Shown one piece after another: positions 18,952-28,545 of a stretch of 32,000 bases of DNA. Origin of the DNA: a cyanobacterium endosymbiont of Epithemia turgida isolate EtSB Lake Yunoko (GTDB lineage: Bacteria; Cyanobacteriota; Cyanobacteriia; Cyanobacteriales; Microcystaceae); the NCBI RefSeq assembly GCF_000829235.1, contig NZ_AP012549.1, positions 2,760,001 through 2,792,000 on the forward strand. Direction: 5' to 3'. A program made the position numbers and the translations under genes. The notes beneath the pieces are model-generated. The model was not told the DNA's origin. It was given only the letters and a program-made list of their open reading frames with translations, and did no database searches. Position 1 is the stretch's first letter, and every line of letters begins with the position of its first letter.

Positions 18952-19919
18952 ATGGTGGTGGTCGCGATATCAGTGGAAAATTAAAGTTTATCTATTAAAC
19001 CCCAAAAATAGCTTTTAATAAATATTAAAGATGCTAACAATGTTGTCTCTTTGTATTCAATTTATAGAACTTAATTTATATTGATTTAACAGGTATTTAT
19101 CAGGGCAACTCTTTTGAGTAATACTTTGCTTTATTTGTCTTGTCTCAATTATGTTTATTTTTTAACATCCCTTCAGTAATTTAATAAATTTTATCTGATG
19201 TCATGTCCTTCCTATCAAATTCTGTACTGAACTATCAATTAGTAAAATTATAGATGCAATTATTTTATTGCAATTTAATCAAGCAGCTCACTTGCATATA
19301 CTAAACAATAATTAATTATAGTAAAACGCAATAATTAACACCTCTATTTGCCTTTAAAATCAAAAAAATTTTTATTTTAAGAAGTTGTCAATAATATGTA
19401 TTTATGCTGTATGAATTAATTAATTATTTTTCTGTTTATATTTATAGATTTGTATTTTTTCCATATTTTAACTTTAATTACTTTTCTATTTTAGAATATA
19501 TATGCAATTAAGATTTGATAATAATGTTTAAAACAATATTTATTTATAACTTATTAAGGTTAATTAATTATAAAAATACTAAATTACGATTAATTAATGA
19601 TTAATACAAAAATAAAATTGACAATCAAGAGAAAATAATAACTCCCACAATCAATTAAAAGTATTCGAGGTTTTGAAGTGATTCTCAACTCAAAACGGTT
19701 TAAATTTTTCCTAGTTGATCGCTCCTAGACAAAATATCATATTTTCATCACTGTAAAAAAAAATTTAAATAATTATTCTACCAACGCTTATAATTACTTT
19801 TCTCCTAATAAATTTTATACTGTAGAGCACTTAATAATCAATGTGCAATACATTTGCTTATTTTTCAATTAATATCCTTTGTTCAAAAAGATGTTAAAAT
19901 CAGGGTATATATATAATTA
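18952..19919. other. ~1-kb ORF-free AT-rich spacer between rpsB and map
   Basis: No ORF in the six-frame track. Very AT-rich, with many TAATTAAT-type runs. Confidence 0.8.
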
Positions 19920-19931
19920 TTGATAGAACTG

Positions 19932-20693
19932 ATGGGAGAAACAATCACCCTATTATCGAAACGAGAAATAGAAAAAATGCGACGAGCTGGACGTTTAGCA
20001 GCCCAGTTATTAGATCATCTAGCCCCAATGGTCAAGTCAGGCATAAGTACTTTGTACTTAAATGAAGAGGCTGAACGTTGGACTCAATCGCACAACGCTA
20101 CTAGCGCGCCCCTAGGTTATCATGGCTTTCCTAAATCAATTTGTACTAGCATCAACAAGGTAATTTGTCATGGTATCCCTAATGCTAAGCAAATTCTTAA
20201 AGAAGGGGACATTATAAACATTGATGTTACACCTATTCTTGATGGTTATCACGGTGATACCTCCCGTACTTTTTTTGTCGGAACTCCTTCCTCAAAAGCT
20301 CGACAATTAGTAGAAGTTACAGAGGAGTGTTTAAGAAGGGGGATTGCTGTAGTGAAGCCTGGAGCTAAAATTGGGGATATTGGAGCTGCAATTCAAGAAT
20401 ACGCTGAATCCTACGGTTTCTCAGTAGTTAGAGATTTCGTTGGTCATGGAATTAGCAATATTTTCCATACACCTCCCCAAATTCCCCATTTTGGACAACG
20501 GGGAAAAGGAAAACGCATTCGTCCAGGGATGGTATTTACGATTGAACCCATGATTAATGAGGGAACCTGGGAAGCGGTAGTATTAAACGATGGCTGGACA
20601 GCAATTACGAAAGACGGCAAACTTTCAGCCCAATTTGAACATACTCTCGCGGTAACAGAAACAGGAGTAGAAATTTTAACTTTACCTGATTAA
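19932..20693 (+). CDS. map: Type I methionine aminopeptidase
   Basis: The metal-ligand context is preserved: VICHGIP, DIINIDVT...DGYHGDTSRTF, VGHGI, FTIEPM and QFEHT. ATG 19932 is preferred over the track's TTG 19920. Confidence 0.95.
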   Translation: MGETITLLSKREIEKMRRAGRLAAQLLDHLAPMVKSGISTLYLNEEAERWTQSHNATSAPLGYHGFPKSICTSINKVICHGIPNAKQILKEGDIINIDVTPILDGYHGDTSRTFFVGTPSSKARQLVEVTEECLRRGIAVVKPGAKIGDIGAAIQEYAESYGFSVVRDFVGHGISNIFHTPPQIPHFGQRGKGKRIRPGMVFTIEPMINEGTWEAVVLNDGWTAITKDGKLSAQFEHTLAVTETGVEILTLPD

Positions 20694-21333
20694 TGATGTT
20701 ACTTAAGATTATGTACTTGATTTAAAATTAACTAGCTAAGGAAAAGAAACACCGTAACGGTCAACACTCAAACAGGGTTAAAACCTAACGGTAACTGTTT
20801 TAAGTTAATTTTTTTTGCTGCTATTATTATAATAGAAGTTATGCTAAGCTATTGCAAATCATAAAATTAAACTCTGAAGAGTACAGAAACAAAGATTTAG
20901 TCTTTTATTAGTTATTAGTTAGGCATAGTAAATATGGTAGGAATGTTTTTTATGTTGGTACAAAATCTTAGTTTAAATTATCAGACGGCATTTGTTACTG
21001 TAGCTACCGTAAACTTTAGTACTACAGTTAGATTTCACTAACAACTTTTAGCCAAATTTCTTAATCTCCATCTTCCCAAACGTTATGCTGAATTTCAGCT
21101 ACCTGGATTACGGTTAGGGGTTTTTTATCCTGAGTGGTAGTATCAGTCTCTGTTTATAAATAGAAAATTTAGAAACAGCGATCACCTGTTTGAATTCATT
21201 GAGGGCTGAACCATCTAATTCTATTACCATTGCTTCTCACCGCAGAGAAGTCTATGCTTACAATCCCATAATAAATCGATTGATATTGCATTAGTCAATT
21301 GGACAAGTTACCTGATAGGTAGGAGCATAATTA

Positions 21334-22218
21334 ATGCTAAGAAGCAAACTAAAAATTATGTCTAAAGTTACTCCCTATTTATTCCTATTTCCGGCTATTT
21401 TAGTGTTGGGAATTACTGTTATTTTTCCAGCATTGCAAGCTTTTGCCTTAAGTTTTACCCAGTACGATTATGATATCACCCAAGCACCAAAGTGGATTGG
21501 GTTAGAAAATTTTCAACGTTTGGCTAAAGATACTGCGTATTGGAAAATTCTCGGCAACACTTTGTTGTACTTAATAGTCGTTGTTCCTGTTTTAGTAACC
21601 GTCCCTCTAGGGTTAGCTATATTAGTAAACAAAAGGATCCGAGGAATTAGTTTGTTTAGGGTCGCTTTTTATACTCCTGTTGTCATCTCTATGGTGGTAG
21701 CTGGTATTGCTTGGAAAGCCCTTTATCTTTCTAAAGGATTGCTTAATCAATTTCTCCAAGAATTTGGATTTTCTGAAGGAATTTCTTGGTTAACAAATCC
21801 TAAAATTGCTATTTTTAGCGTCATGGCAGTTACTATCTGGAAAGGACTAGGTTATTACATGGTTATTTATCTAGCGGGACTACAATCAATTCCTAATGAA
21901 TTATATGAAGCCGCTGCTATCGACGGGTCAGACGGTTTGCGTAAACACTGGGATATAACTATTCCTTTAATGCGCCCTTATTTACTATTAGTTTGGGTAA
22001 TTTCTGCTATTGCGGCGACTAAAGTATTTGAGGAAATTTATATTATGACCCAAGGAGGACCCAGAAATAGTTCTAAAACTGTTGTTTATTATTTGTATGA
22101 AAAAGCTTTTCAAGATTTAGAGATTAATTATGCTTGTACTATGGGATTAATCCTATTTTTAGTAATTCTTATGCTTTCTATTATTAGTTTAAAAATATCT
22201 CAAAATCACACTTTGTAA
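21334..22218 (+). CDS. Carbohydrate-type ABC transporter permease (MalF/UgpA-like, binding-protein-dependent family)
   Basis: Six predicted hydrophobic segments. EAA loop LYEAAAIDGSDGLRKHWDITIPLMRP. An alternative ATG at 21358 is possible. Confidence 0.85.
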   Translation: MLRSKLKIMSKVTPYLFLFPAILVLGITVIFPALQAFALSFTQYDYDITQAPKWIGLENFQRLAKDTAYWKILGNTLLYLIVVVPVLVTVPLGLAILVNKRIRGISLFRVAFYTPVVISMVVAGIAWKALYLSKGLLNQFLQEFGFSEGISWLTNPKIAIFSVMAVTIWKGLGYYMVIYLAGLQSIPNELYEAAAIDGSDGLRKHWDITIPLMRPYLLLVWVISAIAATKVFEEIYIMTQGGPRNSSKTVVYYLYEKAFQDLEINYACTMGLILFLVILMLSIISLKISQNHTL

Positions 22219-22229
22219 GAATTACTAAT

Positions 22230-22925
22230 TTATCCTAACTCATCGAAAATTGGCAATCTATTTAAAGCATCTTGGGCGGCGGCTTTTGTCGCTTCCTGTT
22301 TACGGCGACCTTTTCCTGTCCCTAATAGTTGCTCATTAATTTGTACACCGAAAATAAACTCTTTTGCATGATCAGGTCCTAATTCCTCAATTAAAAAGTA
22401 TTCAGGAACTTTTCTGTAGCTAGCTAATGCCCATTCTTGAAGACGATTCTTGACATCGATAATTTTACTAGAAACTTTTTTTGACTCAGGGATTATTAGA
22501 GTATCAATTGTATCTTTAAAGAGTGATCGCACAAACTTTTGTACTGCTTCTATTCCTGCATCAAGAAAATATGCCCCTACTATAGCTTCAAAGGTATCAC
22601 TCAATAAAGCAGGATTGTTTTGTCCCCCATCTTTAATCGCTCCTTGTCCAAGATACATAAATTTTCCTAAGTCTAAGATCTTTGCAAATTGAGCTAATTG
22701 GGGTTCATCAACTAATTTTGACCGCAAACGAGTCAATTGTGCCTCGCTTAATTCAGGATGGCGTCGATAAAGTTCTTCACTTACGACAAATTGTAATACT
22801 GCATCACCCAAAAATTCTAAACGTTCATTATGTTCTGTAACGTCACAATGTTCGTTAACGTAAGAGCGATGGGTTAACGCACAGTCTAATAACGCTTGAT
22901 GTTTAAACCGAAGAAATGTAGTCAT
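22230..22925 (-). CDS. rnc: Ribonuclease III
   Basis: RNase III signature NERLEFLGDAVLQFVVSE. C-terminal dsRBD (KNRLQEWA...GTGKGRRKQEATKAAAQDALNRL). Confidence 0.92.
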   Translation of the reverse strand: MTTFLRFKHQALLDCALTHRSYVNEHCDVTEHNERLEFLGDAVLQFVVSEELYRRHPELSEAQLTRLRSKLVDEPQLAQFAKILDLGKFMYLGQGAIKDGGQNNPALLSDTFEAIVGAYFLDAGIEAVQKFVRSLFKDTIDTLIIPESKKVSSKIIDVKNRLQEWALASYRKVPEYFLIEELGPDHAKEFIFGVQINEQLLGTGKGRRKQEATKAAAQDALNRLPIFDELG

Positions 22926-23032
22926 AATTAACCGTCAACTATTAACTAACTCAAGTTTGAAATAACCATCTTAAAATAACTATCACGGCACTAAAATAGA
23001 AAAATTACTACACATTTTAACAAATAAAACTT

Positions 23033-23063
23033 ACTCAAAGAATTAATATTTGAGTTTTTTTTT
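23033..23063 (+). terminator. Weak AT-rich hairpin followed by a T-run (terminator-like, unassigned)
   Basis: ACTCAAA (23033-23039) pairs with TTTGAGT (23049-23055), followed by eight T (23056-23063). No plus-strand gene lies immediately upstream, so the function is unclear. Confidence 0.3.
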
Positions 23064-23432
23064 AGAAGACAGTCTACTTTTATTGTTTGTACGAATAAAT
23101 AGAGAAAAAGGTTTCTTTAAAAAAAGATCCCACAAAGTGTTGTCAAATTTATTCTTGGCAAATTTGTTGGTAGCCCTCTTTGAGTTCTATGAGAGATAAC
23201 TGTGTATTTTCCAGAGCCGCTTCAAACACTTCAAAATTCTCATACTCACCTTTATTGGTTACACTAAAGAGTAAAGCATAGTAGTCGCGGCGCCGTCGGT
23301 ATTGACTAATTAAAGTTAGATACAACGGCTAAAACCTTTGTTTAACAAGCAACTTGGTTAACTCGTCTCTTTGCTGACCGGCCACGCAATAGTTCTACGT
23401 CTTCTATTCTAATTTTAAACCCTAGACTTCCT

Positions 23433-23759
23433 ATGTCTCAAATCACTCAAGTTTCTAACCCTGGACAAGATCAAACCATCAGCTCTCTAAAACTTGCTCA
23501 GGCATTAGCTGAACAACTTGCTATTACACCCAATGATTGGCATCGCCTCAAAAACAACCGTAAAGCGCAAGCTCAGCAACAAATAGCCTTTGCACTGGTT
23601 TTTTTACTCAAAGATCAATCACAAGAGGCCCTAGACCATTTGACTCAAGCAGTTGGTTGGTTAGATCGTTCTATTTCTGCTTTTCCTTGTCCAGGTCATG
23701 GAACTTCCACTGGAATTCAAACTAGAAACCCCCAAGTATCTAAGTCAACAAGGGTTTAG
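23433..23759 (+). CDS. Hypothetical protein (looks cyanobacteria-conserved, function unknown)
   Basis: Intact 108-aa ORF with ATG start. Contains AVGWLDRSISAFPCPGHG. No motif I can assign. Its last 20 nt overlap the convergent downstream gene. Confidence 0.55.
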   Translation: MSQITQVSNPGQDQTISSLKLAQALAEQLAITPNDWHRLKNNRKAQAQQQIAFALVFLLKDQSQEALDHLTQAVGWLDRSISAFPCPGHGTSTGIQTRNPQVSKSTRV

Positions 23760-24144
23760 TTGTTTTTTTCATCACCTGCTTGCACAATTTAACGCGAGTT
23801 CCATGTTGATCCCAGTAAACTTGATCAAAAATTTCGTGGAGTAGACATAACCCTCGTCCATGTTCAGCTTCTTCGGGAGGCAGATGTTGGGATGTTAGGT
23901 TGTGACAATTGCACCCACTGGAAAATCCTAGTCCTTCGTCTGAAATTACCCAGGAATAACCTTCTTCAGTCACAGAAAAATTGACTATAATTGACTTACT
24001 GGGATCTAACTTATTGCCATGTTTAGCAGCATTAACTAAAGCTTCTTGTAGACCTAACCTAATTTCTGGTCTTAAATAGATAGGAATATTAGTTAATAAC
24101 AAGTCAAGCACTGGACATAAATAAAGAGTGGATGTGAAGCTCAT
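23740..24144 (-). CDS. RsbW/SpoIIAB-like anti-sigma regulatory factor (GHKL ATPase / Ser-protein kinase)
   Basis: N box EALVNAAKHGN, G1 box ISDEGLGF and G2 HGRGLCL. ATG 24144 (MSFTSTLY) is the likely start. The track's GTG 24189 adds 15 codons. Confidence 0.75.
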   Translation of the reverse strand: MSFTSTLYLCPVLDLLLTNIPIYLRPEIRLGLQEALVNAAKHGNKLDPSKSIIVNFSVTEEGYSWVISDEGLGFSSGCNCHNLTSQHLPPEEAEHGRGLCLLHEIFDQVYWDQHGTRVKLCKQVMKKTTKPLLT

Positions 24145-24686
24145 TGTTGTCCAGCTCTTCTTTGTCGGAGGCAGTGAAATAGAAATCACGCGTTTTACCT
24201 CAGTTGTTAATCTTTTAAGGATCTCATCTGTTTTAAAATGCTTGTTTGTGTAATATTATAGTCCTTTGCTAATCAAGCTTTAGCCAGGTTTGGTCTTAGC
24301 AGATTTCACGTCAAGCTTTTATCAAAACTAATTAATAGATCAAGATGTAATTTATATGAATCATGGTTAAGAATTGGAAAAAAATCAACTAACCCAAATT
24401 TTAGGTAATATCATCACTATAGTCAAATAATAATGTTAATTAATTAAATATTTTTTGTAAAAGCAGTCAAGAAATAAATCACTCCCACTAATATAATAAA
24501 TTCTTGGTTCATGGTTGTTTAAAATAAATTAATTTAATAAGGTTACTAATAAATAATAAGTGATATAAAATTAGACTCTCCTATGATTGAAGATAATAGA
24601 AAAATAGACCAGAACTACGAACTACCATGGAAACCTGGACAAAAAAACTTTCATAGGTTAAAGCTCGCATGATCATTGTAGCATAC

Positions 24687-26051
24687 TTAAGAATTGAGTT
24701 TTAACAAGGCTGCACATTCAATGTGGAAAGTCTGTGGAAAAAAATCACTCGGTTGTACCCAAATTAATTCATAAGTCTTCCCCTGACATAATTTTTGGAG
24801 ATCTCGTGCTAGAGTTGGTGGTTGACAACTAATATAGACTATATAAGATGGTCGAACGTTCCTGAGAGTTTCGATGACTGATTGATCGCAGCCTTTACGA
24901 GGAGGATCAAGAATCACAACATCAGGTAAGAATGATAGTTGGGGTAATAAGCTTTCGACAGTTCCCATCAGAAACGAAACATTGTTAATACCATTAAGTT
25001 GGGCGTTTTTTCGCGCTTGAGTAACCGAAGTGGAGTTAACTTCTAGACCAATAATTTGTTGTACCTGTTGAGCTAAAGGTAAGGTAAAAGTCCCTATGCC
25101 GCAGTAAGCATCGACTAACTGTTCGGTTCCAGTTAGATTGAGTTGTTCAATAATTTTGTTTATCAGGGTTTCGGCCGCTTCGGTATTTACCTGAAAAAAT
25201 GTATCAGGACCTAAGTGTAGTTCCAGTCCTACAAATATTTCCCGCAAATAGGAACGACCAGCAATAGTTAGAGTTTCTTGTCCAGAAATGACATTGCCCC
25301 GATCAGGGTTATGATTGAGGGAAACTCCGACTAAATCAGGATACCTTTTCAACCATGTCTGTGCCTGTGTATCAACATTTCGCAGTTTTTTGTCGGTACT
25401 AACCAAGGTCAAAAGTACTTCTCCAGTATGCCGTCCTATCCTTAGAGAAAGATGACGTAGTTTTCCCTGATGACGTTTTTCATCATAAATAGACCACCCT
25501 TGTTCTTGAATATCTTTTTTTACCTCGACTAGGAGAGGATTAAGGCGAGAATCTTGGATAGGGCATTGGTTAAGGTTAATGATTTGATGACTATTTCTGC
25601 GAAAATAGCCTCCTTGAACATTGCCTGCGGCTGAACGTCCTAGGGGATAGGTAACCTTATTACGATAGCCTAGTCCCATTTTTGGTGCCAAAATGGGGAC
25701 AACAGGAGGATTCTTGAACCTACCAATATACTCTAGAGATTTGATGACGTGGTTCTGTTTAACGATACGTTGGTAAGTCTCATCAATATGCTGCCATTGA
25801 CAACCTCCACACTTATCAGCCACGATGCAAGAGGGACGAAGACGATGTTGGGAAGGAGAGAGAAGTTTCTGTAATTTTCCGTAGGCGTATTGCTTTTTGA
25901 TGTGAACTAATCGGACTAAGACGTGATCACCCGTTACCGTATCAGCAACAAAAATAGCACGTCCTTCAAAATGTCCAACGCCATCACCACTGTTACTAAG
26001 ATCAGTAATTTCTAGTTCAACGAGACTTCCTTGTTGATAGCCTTGGGTCAT
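24687..26051 (-). CDS. rlmD: 23S rRNA (uracil-C5)-methyltransferase, RlmD/RumA family
   Basis: N-terminal TRAM-like domain. Fe-S Cys cluster CIVADKCGGCQWQH. SAM-binding DAYCGIGTF. DPPRKG and the catalytic-Cys block YISCQPPTLARD. Confidence 0.9.
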   Translation of the reverse strand: MTQGYQQGSLVELEITDLSNSGDGVGHFEGRAIFVADTVTGDHVLVRLVHIKKQYAYGKLQKLLSPSQHRLRPSCIVADKCGGCQWQHIDETYQRIVKQNHVIKSLEYIGRFKNPPVVPILAPKMGLGYRNKVTYPLGRSAAGNVQGGYFRRNSHQIINLNQCPIQDSRLNPLLVEVKKDIQEQGWSIYDEKRHQGKLRHLSLRIGRHTGEVLLTLVSTDKKLRNVDTQAQTWLKRYPDLVGVSLNHNPDRGNVISGQETLTIAGRSYLREIFVGLELHLGPDTFFQVNTEAAETLINKIIEQLNLTGTEQLVDAYCGIGTFTLPLAQQVQQIIGLEVNSTSVTQARKNAQLNGINNVSFLMGTVESLLPQLSFLPDVVILDPPRKGCDQSVIETLRNVRPSYIVYISCQPPTLARDLQKLCQGKTYELIWVQPSDFFPQTFHIECAALLKLNS

Positions 26052-26220
26052 GGCAATAAAGCGTTTATCTTCGCTAAAATTTGAAATAATTTCATTCTAG
26101 CTTGTCCCATCTCACCCTTGTAAAAAATATCCAACTGTTTCTAAGCATTTCATCTTGATGATCGCATTAGATACAATTAAGTTTTATAAATCTTAACCAA
26201 CTCACCTCCTCTTGCCCAAA

Positions 26221-27591
26221 ATGTCTTCTACTCCAAAACTAAAATATGATCGCGGAACTATAATTCTTCATCCTCCCCCCAGGGGGAAAGCTTGGAGCAA
26301 ATTGGCAACTTGGGATGTTCGCATCGAAAAATTCCGTATCCAAGCCATTCACTATTATCTTTTAGTAGAGACTCTACAAGCTGACAAAGTTCACTTTATT
26401 GATGAAGCGAAAGCTTTTATTTCATTAGAATTAAACCCTAATTTCCAACGAATTCCTTATCCCCATCAACTTGAAGCCCTTGCTGCTTGGAAACAACATA
26501 AACATCGAGGGGTAGTTGTCCTTCCCACAGCAGCGGGAAAGACTTATTTAGCGCAATTAGCCCTAGAATCTATTTCCAAGACTACTTTAATTTTGGTTCC
26601 TACCTTGGATTTAATGCACCAATGGTACACTCAAATTATGGGGGCGTTTACTAATGTGGAGGTGGGGTTATTAGGAGGGGGTTCGCGTGATCGCACTCCT
26701 ATTTTAATCGCTACTTATAATAGTGCAGCTATTCATGCGGAGATCTTGGGAAATCAATATGCTCTTCTTATTTTCGATGAATGTCATCATTTGCCGACAG
26801 ATTTTTTTCGAGTCATTGCTGAATACGCCATTGCCCCCTATCGGTTAGGGTTAACAGCAACACCAGAAAGGGCTGATGGCAGTTATCGGGACTTAGAAAC
26901 CCTTATTGGTCCGTTGGTTTATCACAAAGGAGTAAAAGATCTCGCGGGCAAAATTTTAGCACAACATCAAATTATTCAAATTAAAGTTAAATTATCCGAG
27001 TTAGAAAGAGAAAGATATAAAGAAGCGATCATTATTCGCAATGAATTTTTAAAAAAGTCTAATATTTCTTTGAGCAATTTAAATAATTGGCAATTGTTTC
27101 TTAAAACAAGTTCTAGATCTTCTTCGGGAAGACGGGCGATGTTAGCTCATAGAGAGGCCAAAGAAATTGCAGCAGGAACTGATGAAAAGCTCAGAATACT
27201 AACGGATTTAATTTGCCGACACTCCGAAGAATCTATTTTAATTTTTACTAATGATAACGCCACCGTTTATCGAATTTCCCAAGAATTTTTAATCCCCGCC
27301 ATTACCCACCAAACTCCTGTGAAAGAACGTTACGAGATTTTAACTCGATTTCGAGAGGCGATTTACACGACTTTGGTCACTTCTCATGTTCTTAATGAAG
27401 GTATAGATGTTCCTGAAGTTAAGATTGCAATTATTTTATCGGGAACAGGTTCCACACGGGAGTATATTCAGAGATTAGGTCGAATTTTACGCAAAGGAAC
27501 CAGCAAAAACGGATTAGCTATTTTATATGAGGTCGTAGCTGAAGATACTAGTGAGGAAAGAACATCTCAACGGCGACGAGGAAAAGATTAA
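26221..27591 (+). CDS. Superfamily-2 DNA helicase, XPB/Rad25(ERCC3)-like
   Basis: Motif I VLPTAAGKT, II FDECHH, III GLTATPER, VI QRLGRILR. The N-terminal KLKYDRGTIIL block resembles the XPB damage-recognition domain as I recall it. ATG 26221 is preferred to TTG 26212. Confidence 0.8.
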   Translation: MSSTPKLKYDRGTIILHPPPRGKAWSKLATWDVRIEKFRIQAIHYYLLVETLQADKVHFIDEAKAFISLELNPNFQRIPYPHQLEALAAWKQHKHRGVVVLPTAAGKTYLAQLALESISKTTLILVPTLDLMHQWYTQIMGAFTNVEVGLLGGGSRDRTPILIATYNSAAIHAEILGNQYALLIFDECHHLPTDFFRVIAEYAIAPYRLGLTATPERADGSYRDLETLIGPLVYHKGVKDLAGKILAQHQIIQIKVKLSELERERYKEAIIIRNEFLKKSNISLSNLNNWQLFLKTSSRSSSGRRAMLAHREAKEIAAGTDEKLRILTDLICRHSEESILIFTNDNATVYRISQEFLIPAITHQTPVKERYEILTRFREAIYTTLVTSHVLNEGIDVPEVKIAIILSGTGSTREYIQRLGRILRKGTSKNGLAILYEVVAEDTSEERTSQRRRGKD

Positions 27592-27796
27592 TATATCTCT
27601 AAACTAACTAAGTAAAGTTTCAAATAAAACCTAAGAATTGGAATTGCCCCCTTACAATGCTCCAAAATGATATCACCTTTAATATATTTTTACTAAAGCT
27701 GCAGAATATAAATTCTATGTTAGACCATAATTTTTGAATTTATTTCTAATTAAATTTAGTTAATATTAATCATTCTATTCATTAAGATGTAAAACT

Positions 27797-28435
27797 CTAA
27801 GGAGCTAATCGGTCAATCTCCCAAGTTTTATTATCCTGTAAATTGTAGCAAAAGCGATCATGTAATCGATTAGGCCTACCCTGCCAAAACTCAAAATAAT
27901 GAGGAACAACTCGATAGCCGCCCCAAAATGAAGGAAGGGGAATTTCTCCTTGATCAAACTTACGCTGCATTTCATTAAACTTCATTTCTAAAAGCTGTCT
28001 AGAAGAGATAACAGAACTCTGAGAAGAAGACCAAGCACCTAGTTTACTTCCTCTTGGTCGAGTGACAAAGTATTTCAGGGATTCTGCCGTTGAAACTTTA
28101 GCTGCTTTTCCCTTTATTTTGACCTGACGTTCTAGGGGCAACCAGAGAAATAAGAGAGCAACAGAGTAATTTCTATCTATCTGTTTAGCTTTATTGCTTT
28201 CATAATTGGTAAAAAAAACAAACCCTTGAGTATCAAAGTATTTTAAAAGAACGGTTCTTAATGAGGGTTCACCTTTAGCTGAAACAGTTGCTAAACTCAT
28301 GGCGTTCGGTTCAGTTAGTTCAGCTTTAACAGCCTGTTTAAACCAGGTTTCAAATTGTTTAAACGGTTCAGTTTCAAGGTTTTTACGAGATAAACCATTG
28401 TGAGTGTATTCTTCTCTTAAGGCTCCAATATCCAT
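27797..28435 (-). CDS. pdxH: Pyridoxamine 5'-phosphate oxidase
   Basis: [28 protein letters not shown] and the C-terminal [15 protein letters not shown] match PdxH throughout. Confidence 0.95.
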   Translation of the reverse strand: MDIGALREEYTHNGLSRKNLETEPFKQFETWFKQAVKAELTEPNAMSLATVSAKGEPSLRTVLLKYFDTQGFVFFTNYESNKAKQIDRNYSVALLFLWLPLERQVKIKGKAAKVSTAESLKYFVTRPRGSKLGAWSSSQSSVISSRQLLEMKFNEMQRKFDQGEIPLPSFWGGYRVVPHYFEFWQGRPNRLHDRFCYNLQDNKTWEIDRLAP

Positions 28436-28545
28436 GAATTTTTGAATATGTTAATAGTCGATAATCCATTTTAAACTAATAAATCAGTTAATAACTATTG
28501 ATGCTTACAATCAATCATAAAATACCAGAGGGCTAAAATCGCCAG

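Noticed and set aside
22450-22692. 80-aa plus-strand ORF inside rnc
   Set aside because: Antisense shadow of RNase III, which carries its full signature.
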